The notes beneath the pieces are model-generated. The model saw only the letters and a program-made list of their open reading frames with translations, made no database searches and had not been told where the DNA came from. Position numbers and translations under genes: made by a program. A stretch of 64,000 bases of DNA, taken from Guillardia theta CCMP2712. Lineage: Eukaryota; Protista; Cryptophyta. Positions 34,213 through 45,590 of the stretch are shown piece after piece. The number at the start of each line of letters is the position of its first letter. Within the stretch, counting starts at the first letter, position 1. The stretch lies in assembly GCF_000315625.1 (NCBI RefSeq), contig NW_005434601.1:330936-394935 (forward strand). The letters run 5' to 3'.

Positions 34213-36621
34213 ATGGTTTTCTATCTCAGCGGCGGTGCAGCCAATATCACTTGGATGGAACGAAAATCAGAGAACAACTTTTCTGCGCACAGCACATTGC
34301 TTTCTTTCCCTTCTCTTCCTTACATCGGCATTATATCAGTCCTCTTGTATTCCAAAATTGCATATACGCTTCTCTTCACAACAATGCAACAGGCTGGGAA
34401 ACGAGTTATTTATTTTCGGAATAGTTCGATAGATTTGGACAGCCGTACAATAGGCTTCTTTTTCCTCCTTGTATCAGTTCTACTAGCTACCCTTCTGATC
34501 ATTTCGTTTCCGGGAGACCTCATGATTTGGGTTGCTTGTGGTCTGCTGCAATTGTTGGCTGGAGGATACACCGCGAGGAAAGTGTTTGCAAGGATTCTGA
34601 ACCAGCAGAAGAAGTTCGAGTATCTCAAGAAGCTCGCCCTCACCTCGGAGGAGAGCAGACGACTCGTCCACACGCTGATACCCGAAAACGTCATGGCCAG
34701 GCTCACGTACCACGAGGACCGCGAGTTCCTTGGCATCGAGATTCCTCGATGCATCGTCATGTTCTGCGCACTGGAGCCACAGACCGAGCTCAAGTCGCTG
34801 CTGGGGCACGAGAGCTTCAAGCTGCTTGACCGAGTCTTCCAGGACTTTGACGAGGCAGTCCAGATCTTCGGCATGTACAAGTACCAGCATGTCGGCGACT
34901 GGTACATCGTCACGTGCCCCCGTGTAGCCCAGCCGTTCGACCGCGAGGTCCAGGAGTCAGAGTATCCCTTGAGCTACTTCGAGGAGATGTGCTTGCTGGC
35001 AGAGGAGCTGGAGACTCGTGCAAAGAAGTTCGAGATCAACGGGAGCAGGCTGACCCTCCGGGTTGGCCTCCACTGTGGGGCTGCAGCAGGAGCTGTGGTG
35101 GGGCTGCATCGGGCCTTCTACTGCGTGTACGGGGACACGATCAACACCACAGCTCGCATGTGCAAGTACGCGCAGTGCTCGCAGATGCTGTGCACGGAAG
35201 AGTTTGCGGAGGAGGTGAAGAGACTGAAGAGCAGCAAGTTGTCAGCAGAGCCGATGGCTCGGATCGAAGTGAAGGGGAAGGGAACCATGAACGTCTATCG
35301 GGTGATCCTCGACAGCGAGCAGGAAGTTCAGTCGCCCATCACGCTGAAAGACATTCAGCTGCAGCGAGATGCAAGTGGCACTTGCCTGCCGCTGCCGCTG
35401 AGAAGACCTTTGGATATGTTCTCAAACCCCACCACAGAGTTCAACTTCAGGAGCGAGCAGGCGCGGGATCACTGGATCACCATCGCCACCAGGCTTCTCC
35501 TGCACTTCATTGCCGTCCTGTCGCAGCTCAACGTCTTGAAGGTCTTTCCACTCGACGAGCTCTGCCCCTTCGACCCTCCTGCTGCCAGCCGATGCCTCCT
35601 GCTGAGGCAGCTCGCCGTCATCGGGGTACATGCTTGCGTCATCACCTCTTACTTAACCTTCACCGTGCGGAGTCTGTGGGAGGAGCTCAAGGTCTGTCCC
35701 AAGTTCTACCGGCACTTCATCATCTCCAAGATCAGCTGCGTCTGCTTCGCCGTCATCGCCAACCAATTTCTCGCCAGCGATCGCATCACCGTCATCTTCA
35801 GCGCCATCCTCGTCTTCACCAACCTCATCACCTGCGGCAAGTCGCTCTTGAGCTTGCTCCTCATGGCGATCCTTGGCGTCTCCTCCTCCACCGTGATCCT
35901 CATGCTCGACATGGGGCTGGCGAGGAGCTTCGTGATCCCCATCGCTCTCTCCGTCACTCTCCTCGTCACGCAGCTCAAGTCTCGGGCGCTGGAGCTCACG
36001 GAGGGCAACCGCCTGCAGTACTACAAGGTCATCGAGTTTGAGCTCGGGCGCTTTGAGTCCGTCCTGCGGGATCTGCTCCCGGTGGAGCAGGAAGACTTCT
36101 GTAAGACGAGGTTGAGGAGCCGCCGCGCCGTTGTCCTCCAGCTCGACGTCTGCAACTTCACGCAGCTCTCAGCCGCCATGGCGCCGCTCGCGCTCGCGCG
36201 CGCCATGCACAAGCTGTTCTCCTCCTTCGACCAGATGGTCCTCGACCGTAGCCTCTTCAAGGTCGACACCATCGGGGATGCCTACGTCGTAGTCGGGTGG
36301 CTGCCAGAGGAGAGGGGGGAGGGTGAGAAGCTTCGGTCCCTTGAGGTCTGCCGCTCGGTGCTGTCGCTGGCTCGGCTCATGGTGGAGGAGGTGCAAGCTT
36401 GCGGTATGTGCTGCAGGGTCGGCGTGTCGGTCGGGTCTGTGGCAGCGGGGGTGAGGGGGAGGATGCAGTCGAGGTTCCATGTGGAGGGACCGGCAATGCA
36501 GGAGGCGGAGCTGCTGGAGCGACGATGCGCGCAGAATGCCGTGCATGTGAGCTGGAAGTTGGGGGAGATGATGGGGAGGAAGAGGAGGGAGGGAGAAGGA
36601 GCCCTTGGTTGCTTCCTGTAA
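34213..36621 (+). CDS. Class III nucleotide cyclase with TM-C1-TM-C2 architecture, probably a guanylyl cyclase
   Basis: Domain 1: KYQHVGDWY, RVGLHCG, YCVYGDTINTTARM; domain 2: QLDVCNFT, FKVDTIGDAYV; hydrophobic blocks precede each domain. Confidence 0.88.
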   Translation: MVFYLSGGAANITWMERKSENNFSAHSTLLSFPSLPYIGIISVLLYSKIAYTLLFTTMQQAGKRVIYFRNSSIDLDSRTIGFFFLLVSVLLATLLIISFPGDLMIWVACGLLQLLAGGYTARKVFARILNQQKKFEYLKKLALTSEESRRLVHTLIPENVMARLTYHEDREFLGIEIPRCIVMFCALEPQTELKSLLGHESFKLLDRVFQDFDEAVQIFGMYKYQHVGDWYIVTCPRVAQPFDREVQESEYPLSYFEEMCLLAEELETRAKKFEINGSRLTLRVGLHCGAAAGAVVGLHRAFYCVYGDTINTTARMCKYAQCSQMLCTEEFAEEVKRLKSSKLSAEPMARIEVKGKGTMNVYRVILDSEQEVQSPITLKDIQLQRDASGTCLPLPLRRPLDMFSNPTTEFNFRSEQARDHWITIATRLLLHFIAVLSQLNVLKVFPLDELCPFDPPAASRCLLLRQLAVIGVHACVITSYLTFTVRSLWEELKVCPKFYRHFIISKISCVCFAVIANQFLASDRITVIFSAILVFTNLITCGKSLLSLLLMAILGVSSSTVILMLDMGLARSFVIPIALSVTLLVTQLKSRALELTEGNRLQYYKVIEFELGRFESVLRDLLPVEQEDFCKTRLRSRRAVVLQLDVCNFTQLSAAMAPLALARAMHKLFSSFDQMVLDRSLFKVDTIGDAYVVVGWLPEERGEGEKLRSLEVCRSVLSLARLMVEEVQACGMCCRVGVSVGSVAAGVRGRMQSRFHVEGPAMQEAELLERRCAQNAVHVSWKLGEMMGRKRREGEGALGCFL

Positions 36622-36887
36622 CTCCAGGAGAAGGTCGACAGTGTTATAATAGATGTGAAGTTTCTTTCGTGCCTTGCCCTTCTCTCCCTCCCTCCTACTT
36701 CTCCTTCGTCTTTGTTTACATCTCGTTTGTCTTTCTTTACTTCTTCTCCAGTCCCTCATACCTGCACATTCACGTTACCTCCTCCCTACCCCGCTTCCTC
36801 CTCCTCCTCCTCCTCCTCCTCCTCCTCTAGCTCCCCTACCACCTCCTCTATCTTATCATTTCCTTACCCTCCACTCACTTCCTCTCC

Positions 36888-39341
36888 TTACCATCTCTGC
36901 AGTTTCTCGCAGGCTCGCTCCATGTCTTGGGTGGCACCGGCGAAGCTGAAACGAATGAACTCTCCTCCTCGCGAGAGGTCGAAGTCCTGCCTCACGTCAG
37001 GCGGCCACCATGGGCCTCCTTGACTTCCAGTTCAAGCAGGCGATCGAGAAAAAGGGGATAGTCGAAGAGGAGGCGGAGGAGGAGGAAGGAGAAGAGTACG
37101 TAGAGGAAGGGGAGGACAGAGGAGAAGGGAATACCAAGCCGGGAGTGACGGCAACGGAGCAGCTGCGTCACGAGAGTGAGGACGGGGGAAGAGGAGGAGG
37201 CAGACTCACTCAGCGAGGATCTTCTTGGCGAGCTCCATGCTGTCCTTACAGCTGCATCTCATCTCAAACAAGCTCTCTCCTCCTCCCCTCCCCCACCCTG
37301 CGGGTCCCAGCATGTGCTTGACGTGCGCGTAGATGTAGAAGGCTCCCTGACGTATCGGTCAGAGATGAAAAGTAGAGGACGGAAGAAAGGGAGAGGAGGA
37401 TGAAGAGCGAGGGAGGGCGTGGAGAAAGAGAAAGACGAGAGGTGGATGAGATGGAGCATGACGAGGTGAAGGAGGTTGACGAGGTGGTGGTGGTGGAGGA
37501 GGAGGAGGAGGAGGAGATCAGAAGGAGGAGGAGATCAGAAGGAGGAGGAGGAGGAGGAGGAGGAGGAGGAGGAGGAGGAGGAGGAGGAGGANNNNNNNNN
37601 NNNNNNNNNNNNNNNNNNNNNNNNNNNNNNNNNNNNNNNNNNNNNNNNNNNNNNNNNNNNNNNNNNNNNNNNNNNNNNNNNNNNNNNNNNNNNNNNNNNN
37701 NNNNNNNNNNNNNNNNNNNNNNNNNNNNNNNNNNNNNNNNNNNNNNNNNNNNNNNNNNNNNNNNNNNNNNNNNNNNNNNNNNNNNNNNNNNNNNNNNNNN
37801 NNNNNNNNNNNNNNNNNNNNNNNNNNNNNNNNNNNNNNNNNNNNNNNNNNNNNNNNNNNNNNNNNNNNNNNNNNNNNNNNNNNNNNNNNNNNNNNNNNNN
37901 NNNNNNNNNNNNNNNNNNNNNNNNNNNNNNNNNNNNNNNNNNNNNNNNNCGTACGAGGGAGGTGGAGGAGGAGGAGGAGGAGGATTGCGGACAAGGACCT
38001 GTGGCCTGCTGAGCTCGTGGAAGCCAGCCTTCGGGAGTCCATTAAGGAGAACCTGCAAGGCTGTGAGGAGACGCAGCGAGAAAGGAAGGGAATGAAGCAT
38101 CGCTGGTCGGAACAAGGGGAAGAGAAAGCCGAGGAGGAGGACGGAGGCGGGGGAGAAGGAGTTAAGCACCTCTCGGTTTTTCTTGTACCGTTCGACATGT
38201 TGTTCCAATTCATCTATGCAATCAAATGCAGCAATTCCTGCAAAGAGAGTCGACGAGACGAGGAAGAGGAGCAGGAGGCGAGTCAGAAGGAGATCAGTCA
38301 GAGGGAGGCGGAGGAGAGAGGAAGGGTCACCAGCGAGCTGGGAGAGGGTGGGAGCGGAGATGAAGAAGTTCTGCAGGAGATTCTCAAAAGATTGAGCAAG
38401 CTGAGGATCCTGGCAGACGATCCATCCCAGTCGCCATCCTGTCATCGAGTAGTACTTGGAGAAGCTGTTGATGATCACCTGCTCCTCCTTCAGTTCCCCC
38501 TTCCCCCTGCGCCTCCTCCACCTTCTCCGCACGCTCACCGCGTCCTTCTTGAACTGCAGCGCCGAGTCGGCGCGGCCCTCCATGATGATGCCGTGGTAGA
38601 TCTCGTCGGAGATGAGGCGGATGCCGTGAGTCGAGCAGCAGGAGCAGAGGTCCTGCATCTCCGACGAGCGCAAGATGGTCCCCGTGGGGTTGGAAGGAGA
38701 GGCGAGGATGAGCCCATGGATCTTCCCTCCCTTCATCGCTTCTTCCAGCATGGCGCGAGTTGGCTGCCAGTTCGTCTCCTCCCCCACTGGCAGCTCAACC
38801 ACCTCAACTCCGAGAGCCTCTAAGATGTTGCGGTAGCACGGATACCCAGGAGAAGCCATTGCCACCCGATCGCCATGGTCGAAGGCGCCAGTGAAGGCAA
38901 CGATGAAGGCTCCACTGCTACCTGTTGTGACCAGCACACTACCTGCATCAACCTCCACCCCGTAGCTTGTCTTATAGTGCCCTGCTATCTTCTCCCTCAG
39001 CTCCCGCACCCCTGCTGCCTCTGTGTAGCCCAGCTTCTCTTCCCCCTGCAATGCGGCGCTCGCAGCTTCCCTGACCTGTAGCTCTGTCAACAACAACATC
39101 CATCCTCGCCTCTATCCTGGCTGCTTCCAACTTTACCCTCAACCTCACCCCCTCCGCTCCTTTCCTCCACTTTGCCTTCCCTCCTTCTCCTCCTCTCCTC
39201 TCGTTGTCCTCTCACCTTCCTGGGTGCAGGGGAGGAGGGCTGGCCGACTTCAAGGTGGATGGTCTCCTTGGGGTCCTTCGCCAGCGCCTCTCGCATCACC
39301 TCCATCACCAGGAACGCGCGCGTCCGCCCTCGCTCCGACAT
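36888..39341 (-). CDS. PLP-dependent aminotransferase class I/II (aspartate aminotransferase-like)
   Basis: IHLEVGQP, GYTEAAGVRELR, VTTGSSGAF, SPSNPTG, SDEIYHG, NSFSKYYSMTGWRLGW (PLP lysine), FIRFSFA; spans an N gap within an intron. Confidence 0.92.
37592..37949. other. Assembly gap (Ns) flanked by (GGA)n
   Basis: N run. Confidence 1.
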
Positions 39342-39595
39342 GGCGGCCCCCCCGATACCGAGATTGAGGTGGGCCAGGAGGGGATGAGGGTATAAGAGTG
39401 AGGGGGATGATGCAGGGGAGGGCGGTATGAGGGGCTGTGGCAGCGGCACTGCTGGGGCGGGCCTGTGAGAGGGGGGAAGGGGGGGCAGGGAAGGGGGATG
39501 AGGGCGAAGGGGTATGAGGGAGATGATTTAATATGGCTCTTGGCGAAGGGTCAGGGTTTTTAAGAGGCGCCGTCGTCCCGCCCGCCGTCTAGACC

Positions 39596-40332
39596 ATGCT
39601 GTTCTCCCGCCTCGTAAGTTCCTGCTCGCCTCCTCCTCCCGATTCCGCTGCGCCTCTTCCCCTGTCTCCCTGTCTCCCTGTCTCCCTCTCTTCTTTCTTT
39701 CTTGTATTCATCCTTGTATCCTGTTGTATTCTTCAATTGTGTGCCCCCATCCATTTTGTCCTCTCAAACGTTGCTGGATAGCTTCGTTGTTTCGTTTGAA
39801 AACTCGAGGTGCTTCTAGCGCTTTGCTCCGTCTGACTTAACGAGTATTATGATTCATGTTCTAAGATTTTTCACAAACGTTGTTTGTTTTGAAGATCGTG
39901 CATCCTGGTTCACTCGCCTGTAGTTGCTGTTGCCTTGCTTTGGGACAAAAAACGAAGCGATGAAACGATTTGTTCTTAATCGGATCGTATCTTCGTTTTC
40001 AGTGTTGTTTTCTAATTCTCTGGAAAATTCTGTTTTGTTCTGCATTACTTGTCTGAGCAATATCCTGTTCCCTTGATCGCATCCTGTGGTATCCAACGGT
40101 TGTGGAGGGCTCACATTGTGTGACAGGATTGCTCGTTCCCTGCCTACTTCTACACCCAGCCCATGGCTACTGGACCTGGCTTCTACGACAACTTGTGCCC
40201 CCAGTCCTGGCAGGATGGCTCCGCTGCCACCTTCACCCTCCAGGATCCCCACCAGCAGAGTAAGAGCTTGTTGATTTTTTGTGAGCTTTACCTGACCTGC
40301 TTTGTACAGCCTTCGATTGCCCGGGAAACTAA
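39596..40332 (+). CDS. Small ~57-aa peptide, copy 1: MLFSRL/DCSFPAYFYTQPMATGPGFYDNLCPQSWQDGSAATFTLQDPHQQT/FDCPGN
   Basis: Canonical splice sites; a second copy at 58493-59443 differs in exons 2-3 only by synonymous changes; extra micro-exons in intron 1 cannot be excluded. Confidence 0.75.
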
Positions 40333-40450
40333 GCTATCCGTTTGTATATGTGATTACGTAAACGGTTTCGAAAAACTTCAATCGTGTCTGCGTTTCGGTT
40401 TTCTCCCCATCCCTCAACCCGATCTAGAAGATCTATTTTTATTCGTCATG

Positions 40451-42224
40451 TTACAAGGCTACAGCCGCTTGGAGGATTCTCCGCCACTGGCAAACACATC
40501 ATGTCAAATCGAACATATGCTGCCTCAACGCTCACCTGAGCTGACGGAGAGCCGTGATCGCACAGCGAGCAAGGGCCATCCTACAAACAGCTGTTACTGG
40601 CAGCAGCTTACTTGTATCACAAATTACCGATGTGTGATGGGCCTCTCCAGTCAAGGCTTCCATGCTGTTCCCCACGTATGTGATCATCCCAAGATCATAG
40701 CGGACGGACCAAACCACACTGCTCAAAGACAAAGGAGATCAGCAAAGCGCAAGATGACGAGCAGCGGTGAGATCACGAAGAGATAGCAAAAAAAGCTCGA
40801 ACATACCTGTCTCCGATAGAGTCGTAGTAGGATCTTGCTCCAGGAGGGAGGGAGCCCAAGTGAACTCCATATATTCTGTTGTCCCTCCCTGATTCCAACA
40901 TGCTGGGCATGCCCGCGAAGACCGTGTTGTGAACATTCCTCTTGGACCTGTAGAAGGGACCATCCTGACCAGTCGGGCAGATTAGAACAGCATCTTCCAA
41001 GGCTGCCTTTGTCACCTGATATTCCACTGGTCGGATTTGCCACCTGCAACCCGCTAGTGTCACTGACACGACTGGAGCACCATTTGAAGCAAGCACCCGA
41101 AGATCTCGTTGATGACCGAGAGGGAGCCGAACCCGCCGAGGAAGACGATGTTGTTTCCTGACGCTCGGATTACATCGGTCCAAGTACATCAAGTTGCGGA
41201 TCACCAGAGGATGCGTAACCTCGCAGGTCTGTCTTGGAGATCATGTGCAGGTCCGGATAATCGGTGAACGAAGGGAAGACTGCACCGACCTGTAAGAATC
41301 GTGCATCTCCAACATTGATCAGTCACCGATAGTATGTGCAGCTTCATCCCACGCTGCAGCTCTGATTGTAGCAGTTCGAAAATCTCCGAACGTTTTCACC
41401 ATCACCTGGTTCAGGAGGAGTGTCAGTGCGGGTGACTCGAGGCTCACAATGCCGGCCACCTCGGGGTGATCTTTTCGTAAGACGCTCTTGAAGTTGGTGA
41501 TGGAGTTCGAGTGCCCATAGAGCGAAGTCTCTGGACCAGTGTACAGGTAAATCTGTCGAACCTAGTCAATCCGTTGACAATGCGTGGCCCCATGGCAGCG
41601 GCGACTCACAACGTTCGGGTAGTACTGCGGATGCTCTGGCCGCAGCGGTTCTGGGGAGCAGGTGAGCACGAGGGGCAGCAAAACATGCGCTCACTCACCC
41701 CACTGAACTTTCTGCCCTCCAAACTGCTCGAGCGACGACACTCGAGCACCTCGTTGTTGCGCAAGAAGCACATCCCCACGCTGACAAGCATGATCGTGAG
41801 ACGAGTTGCCTCACCAGTTCACAAAGTGCAGGGGATGAAAGTAAACCTGGAAGATCAGGGACGGCATCCTCTCTACGAGGAGAAGGGGACATAGTACGAG
41901 GGCGGCGAATACAGCCTGCAAGTCGTTGAATCAAGATCCGATTTCTCAATTCCACTACTCTCATCTCAACATCTCAACGCCGTACATGCAAGTTCAAATA
42001 TCTCACACTTGAACATCAAGACAAGACGACTGATCAAAAGGGAAGCATCGAAACAAAACAGCACCCAAACCCTCAGACACGTAGAAACATTTTCTCGATG
42101 AGGGCAAAGAGCTCCAGCGAAGAAGACCAACAAGGCTGTGGTCTAATACCGATCTTGACATCATCACTCCACTCCCATCCACTCTGATCTTCAACATAAT
42201 ACATACGCCTCCATGAAAGCTCAT
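40451..42224 (-). CDS. Unknown protein, paralog A of the 56753-57972 gene (possible class I GATase-like/ThuA-like fold)
   Basis: VRQIYLYTG...AAWDEAAH...KTDLRGYASSGNNIVFLGG...GPFYRSKRNVHNTVF...SLPPGARSYYDSIG...VRYDLGMITYVG...WRRILQAAVAL*; 5' end uncertain. Confidence 0.7.
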
Positions 42225-42842
42225 CGTCCCTCTCGTTTCCCTCCTGCTCCTGCTCCTGCTCCTGCTCCTCCTCTCACTCACCGCTGCTCGCAACCCCATG
42301 GCGACCCTTGGCCCTTTTCTTCAATGGTTCCTTATTTTACCGGTTCCTTGTATTAGAGATTCCCTCCTGCGGTTCTTTGTTTCAACGGTTCCTTGTATTC
42401 TCCTGAAAAAATCTTGTCCGAACATGAACGAGCAGCCGCAAGTCAGAGGATCAGGGGCTGCGAAGTAGACGGAGACGGAGACGGAGACGCAGAGGGAGAG
42501 GGGGAGGGAGGGAGGGAGGGAGGGAGGGAGGGAGGGAGGGAGGGAGGGAAGGAGGGAGGGAGTGAGTGAGGGAGGGAGTGAGGGAGGGAGGGGGGAGAGA
42601 GAAGGAGGAAAGGAGGGAGAGGGAGAGACGAGAGGAGAGGCAGGGGGAGGAGAATGGGGGGGGGGGAGGAGGAGAGAGGCGACGCATCCTTACGGCTGCT
42701 CTACAGACCTGGATCTTCGGCTCAAGGACTATCGATGAACTGGCCCTGACTGCACGATTTGGAAGCCTTGGACTAGAGGAAGGGAGGAGGTGGAGGAAAA
42801 GACTAGAGGAAGAGACTTGAGAGCATCTTCAAGGAGAAAGGG

Positions 42843-44141
42843 TTGATGTCTGCTGCTCTTGCTAGTAGAGCATCTGGCCTGTTCCTCGGCCTTAAGCTAG
42901 GCAGGCGGCCACATGCTCTGTTGCTGCTCCTGGTGCGTTCAATGGGCGCAATGAACGATTGTTTTGCGGGTGGAAGGCAGACGAGGAGCGTGATGAGGTT
43001 GCGAGGAGGATCGGCCGATGGGACCTGGAGGGAGCGCGGCACGGCGTTGGATGATGTCAGAGCGTACAGATCTTCTGTATTGGGAGAAACGTTCTTCCTT
43101 CTGACGTCAAAGGATGCAGACAAGTGGTACGGGTGTCCTCACTGCCAGTTCATCAACGAGCACACGTCTGTTCTCAAGCAGCACATTCTCAACCATACAA
43201 GCAAACCTGCTGGTAACTGCTCTGCGCTACCTGAAGCTGCCTGGAAGATGCGAGCAGTGCTGGCTGCAAGTCAGGGCGAGGTGCTGGAGTACGTCATCCA
43301 ACAGCGAGCGGCAGGTCAGGATGCCAACGGCTCGCTCTGGGTTCCTTTCAGCGGTCAGCAGCAGGAGGCGAGGATGCGTCGGCAGCGAGAGGAGGTAGGG
43401 AGTCAGGGAGGAGAGGAGACGAAGAGTGCGGAGAAGATGCGGAGAATATCTGAAGGGGAAGGCTGGGTCCCTCTTGTGGTGAAGGTGTACAACCAAAGCA
43501 GCAAAGAAATGCTCTGCTTGAACCTGCTCAGGAAGACGGAGACAACGATCCAGGAGATCAAGGAGGAGGTGAGGCTCAGCACCGGCATCCCAAGTGAGCT
43601 CCAACGAGCCGTATGTCGAGGAAGGTTCCTCAGGAACGGCAGCACCTTGCAGGAGTTGGCAGTGAGCAAGGAGGGTGGCCCTTGCTTGTACATCATTCCT
43701 GAGGTGGCAGAGGATGCAGGCGGGGACGAGTCGGGGGGTAGGGAGGCGAAGAACGAAAGCTTGCTGGTGAAGGAGGACTTGGGCAGGGCCTCTCCTGGGT
43801 CACTGCAGTCGAACTTAATGATTGCGAGGATGATTCAGCGAATGAGAAATTACCTGACGGGGGAGAACATCTCGTCGTCCCCAGTTGATCTCGTCCGCAT
43901 GAATGAGTCGGCAGTGATCGAAGTGGGAGGGAGGCGACTCAACGTCACCTTCACCACCATCACTCCGACTAACTCGTCGATGTTCGACCGCGTGCTCGAG
44001 TTCAGAATGCCTGCCTTGGACCCGATTCTGCAATCAGACGGGCAGCTAGCTGAGGATGTGAGGGCGGACGGGACAGGCTGGGGAGGGTTTGGGGGAGGAA
44101 AGGAAGAGGGAGGTCAAGACAACGACATTTATGGAACCTAG
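42843..44141 (+). CDS. C2H2 zinc finger plus ubiquitin-like domain protein with an N-terminal MRLRGG motif
   Basis: CPHC...LKQHILNH; TTIQEIKEEVRLSTGIPSELQRAVCRGRFLRNGSTL (UBL). Confidence 0.75.
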   Translation: MMSAALASRASGLFLGLKLGRRPHALLLLLVRSMGAMNDCFAGGRQTRSVMRLRGGSADGTWRERGTALDDVRAYRSSVLGETFFLLTSKDADKWYGCPHCQFINEHTSVLKQHILNHTSKPAGNCSALPEAAWKMRAVLAASQGEVLEYVIQQRAAGQDANGSLWVPFSGQQQEARMRRQREEVGSQGGEETKSAEKMRRISEGEGWVPLVVKVYNQSSKEMLCLNLLRKTETTIQEIKEEVRLSTGIPSELQRAVCRGRFLRNGSTLQELAVSKEGGPCLYIIPEVAEDAGGDESGGREAKNESLLVKEDLGRASPGSLQSNLMIARMIQRMRNYLTGENISSSPVDLVRMNESAVIEVGGRRLNVTFTTITPTNSSMFDRVLEFRMPALDPILQSDGQLAEDVRADGTGWGGFGGGKEEGGQDNDIYGT

Positions 44142-44199
44142 TCAGGCAAGAGAGTTCATATGCTCGAATCAGCCCGGAGAACCTCTGGAACAACAACTG

Positions 44200-45590
44200 A
44201 TACATCGAGGATCAGATGAGGAGAGCGCAGAGGAAGAGGTCCAGACCTGGCTCGGTGTCGGACAAGCTCTCAAGAGACCTCTCAACGCTCCTCCTGTGCT
44301 GCAGTGAGGGAGAGGGAGATCGCACGAGGAGAAAGACCGGAAGAGGAGAGGGATCGACGCGAAGATCGCGAGCCCGCCGAGGGTGATGAGGATCCTTCTG
44401 TCGACCGCATCCTGTGCCGCGTGCGTGAGCCTCGAGCAGCACGATTGAGAGGAGGAGACCTTAAGGCTCTCCAACGAGGACAGCGTCATTCCTGCCTGCA
44501 CCGTAAGGAAGGTGATGGGGGCGAGGCCTGCGGGAAGCGTCAGAAGCGCCATGGCAGCAAGGATCAACCGATGGTTGCCGACGCCACATGGGGAACGAGG
44601 GGGAGGCGAATCAAGGGAGCAGCAAGGTTGATGAAGAAGTTAGGGGTGATGGGAAAGATGCGGATGACTGTGAGGTAGTAAAACAGCCTCCGCCTGTGAT
44701 GCCGCACTGCCTCGTCCAACCTCACCAGCTGCTCCAGCAGGAGCCAGCGTACCACAGGGCCTCCGAAGGTCTGGAAGAAGACGTAGCACAAGGCTGTGCC
44801 GATGCTCGTGCAGGCCATGCAGACGATGAAGCCGACGGGGACGCCGAAGAGCGCTCCTCCGAGAAGGTTGAAGAGAGGAGAGCCTGGGAGAGCGAGGACC
44901 ATCTTGATGAGGTAGGCCATAGCAAACCCGATGAGGATGGCCCAGTAGTGCTTCGTCTTGTACTCCCCCAGCATGCCGTACATCTCCTGCACCTCCGAGA
45001 GCGACTCGGGGACTTTGAGGCGGGCTCGATCCTTGGCGTCCATGACGGGGAGGACGAAGAAGGAGATGACTATCCAGCAGGCTGTGGAGAGGATGACGAG
45101 GACGAGCACCTGCGACCTCCAACTTCAGCCCCCGCCGTCAGCACGGCGGACCCTCACCTGCCTCCCGCAACCATGCCGGATGATCATGGCAATGGTACCA
45201 CTGACACGAGACATCATCCCGCGGCGAGAAGAAGACATGGAGTTGGGAAGGAACTGAGACCTCTCGTCCTCCTCGTCGCATTCCATACCGTTCTCATGAG
45301 CTTCTCCTATCTGAACCAGCCGATCCGTCGCTTCTCCTATCGACAGCCTCGACATCTCTACATCGCCCCTTCCCTCGCTGGCATGAGCGGGCGACGGCTT
45401 CCTGTTGACGGCAGTGTTGTTCCCCCCCTCGTCAGCCTTGCTTCGCTCTCTCGCATCCTCGTGCATCTTCTTTGGACCACAAACAACTTACCCATCAACC
45501 TCAACCTTCCTCGACTGACTTGAGCTCTCGCTTCCTTCAACCACACTCACTCTCTCGTCTACTTGGGAGGTCGCTCTACGCCATGCTTCC
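44200..45590 (-). CDS. TMEM41/VTT (SNARE-associated Golgi, DedA superfamily) membrane protein
   Basis: YLIKMVLALPGSPLFNLLGGALFG...IRIFPITPNFFINLAAP...G/LAPITFLTVQAG; 5' exons uncertain. Confidence 0.85.

Noticed and set aside
39596-40332. Identification of the micro-peptide as an ejectisome Tri/RebB-like protein
   Set aside because: It lacks the ITD(A/S)VTQ-like Reb signature as I recall it; identity is left open
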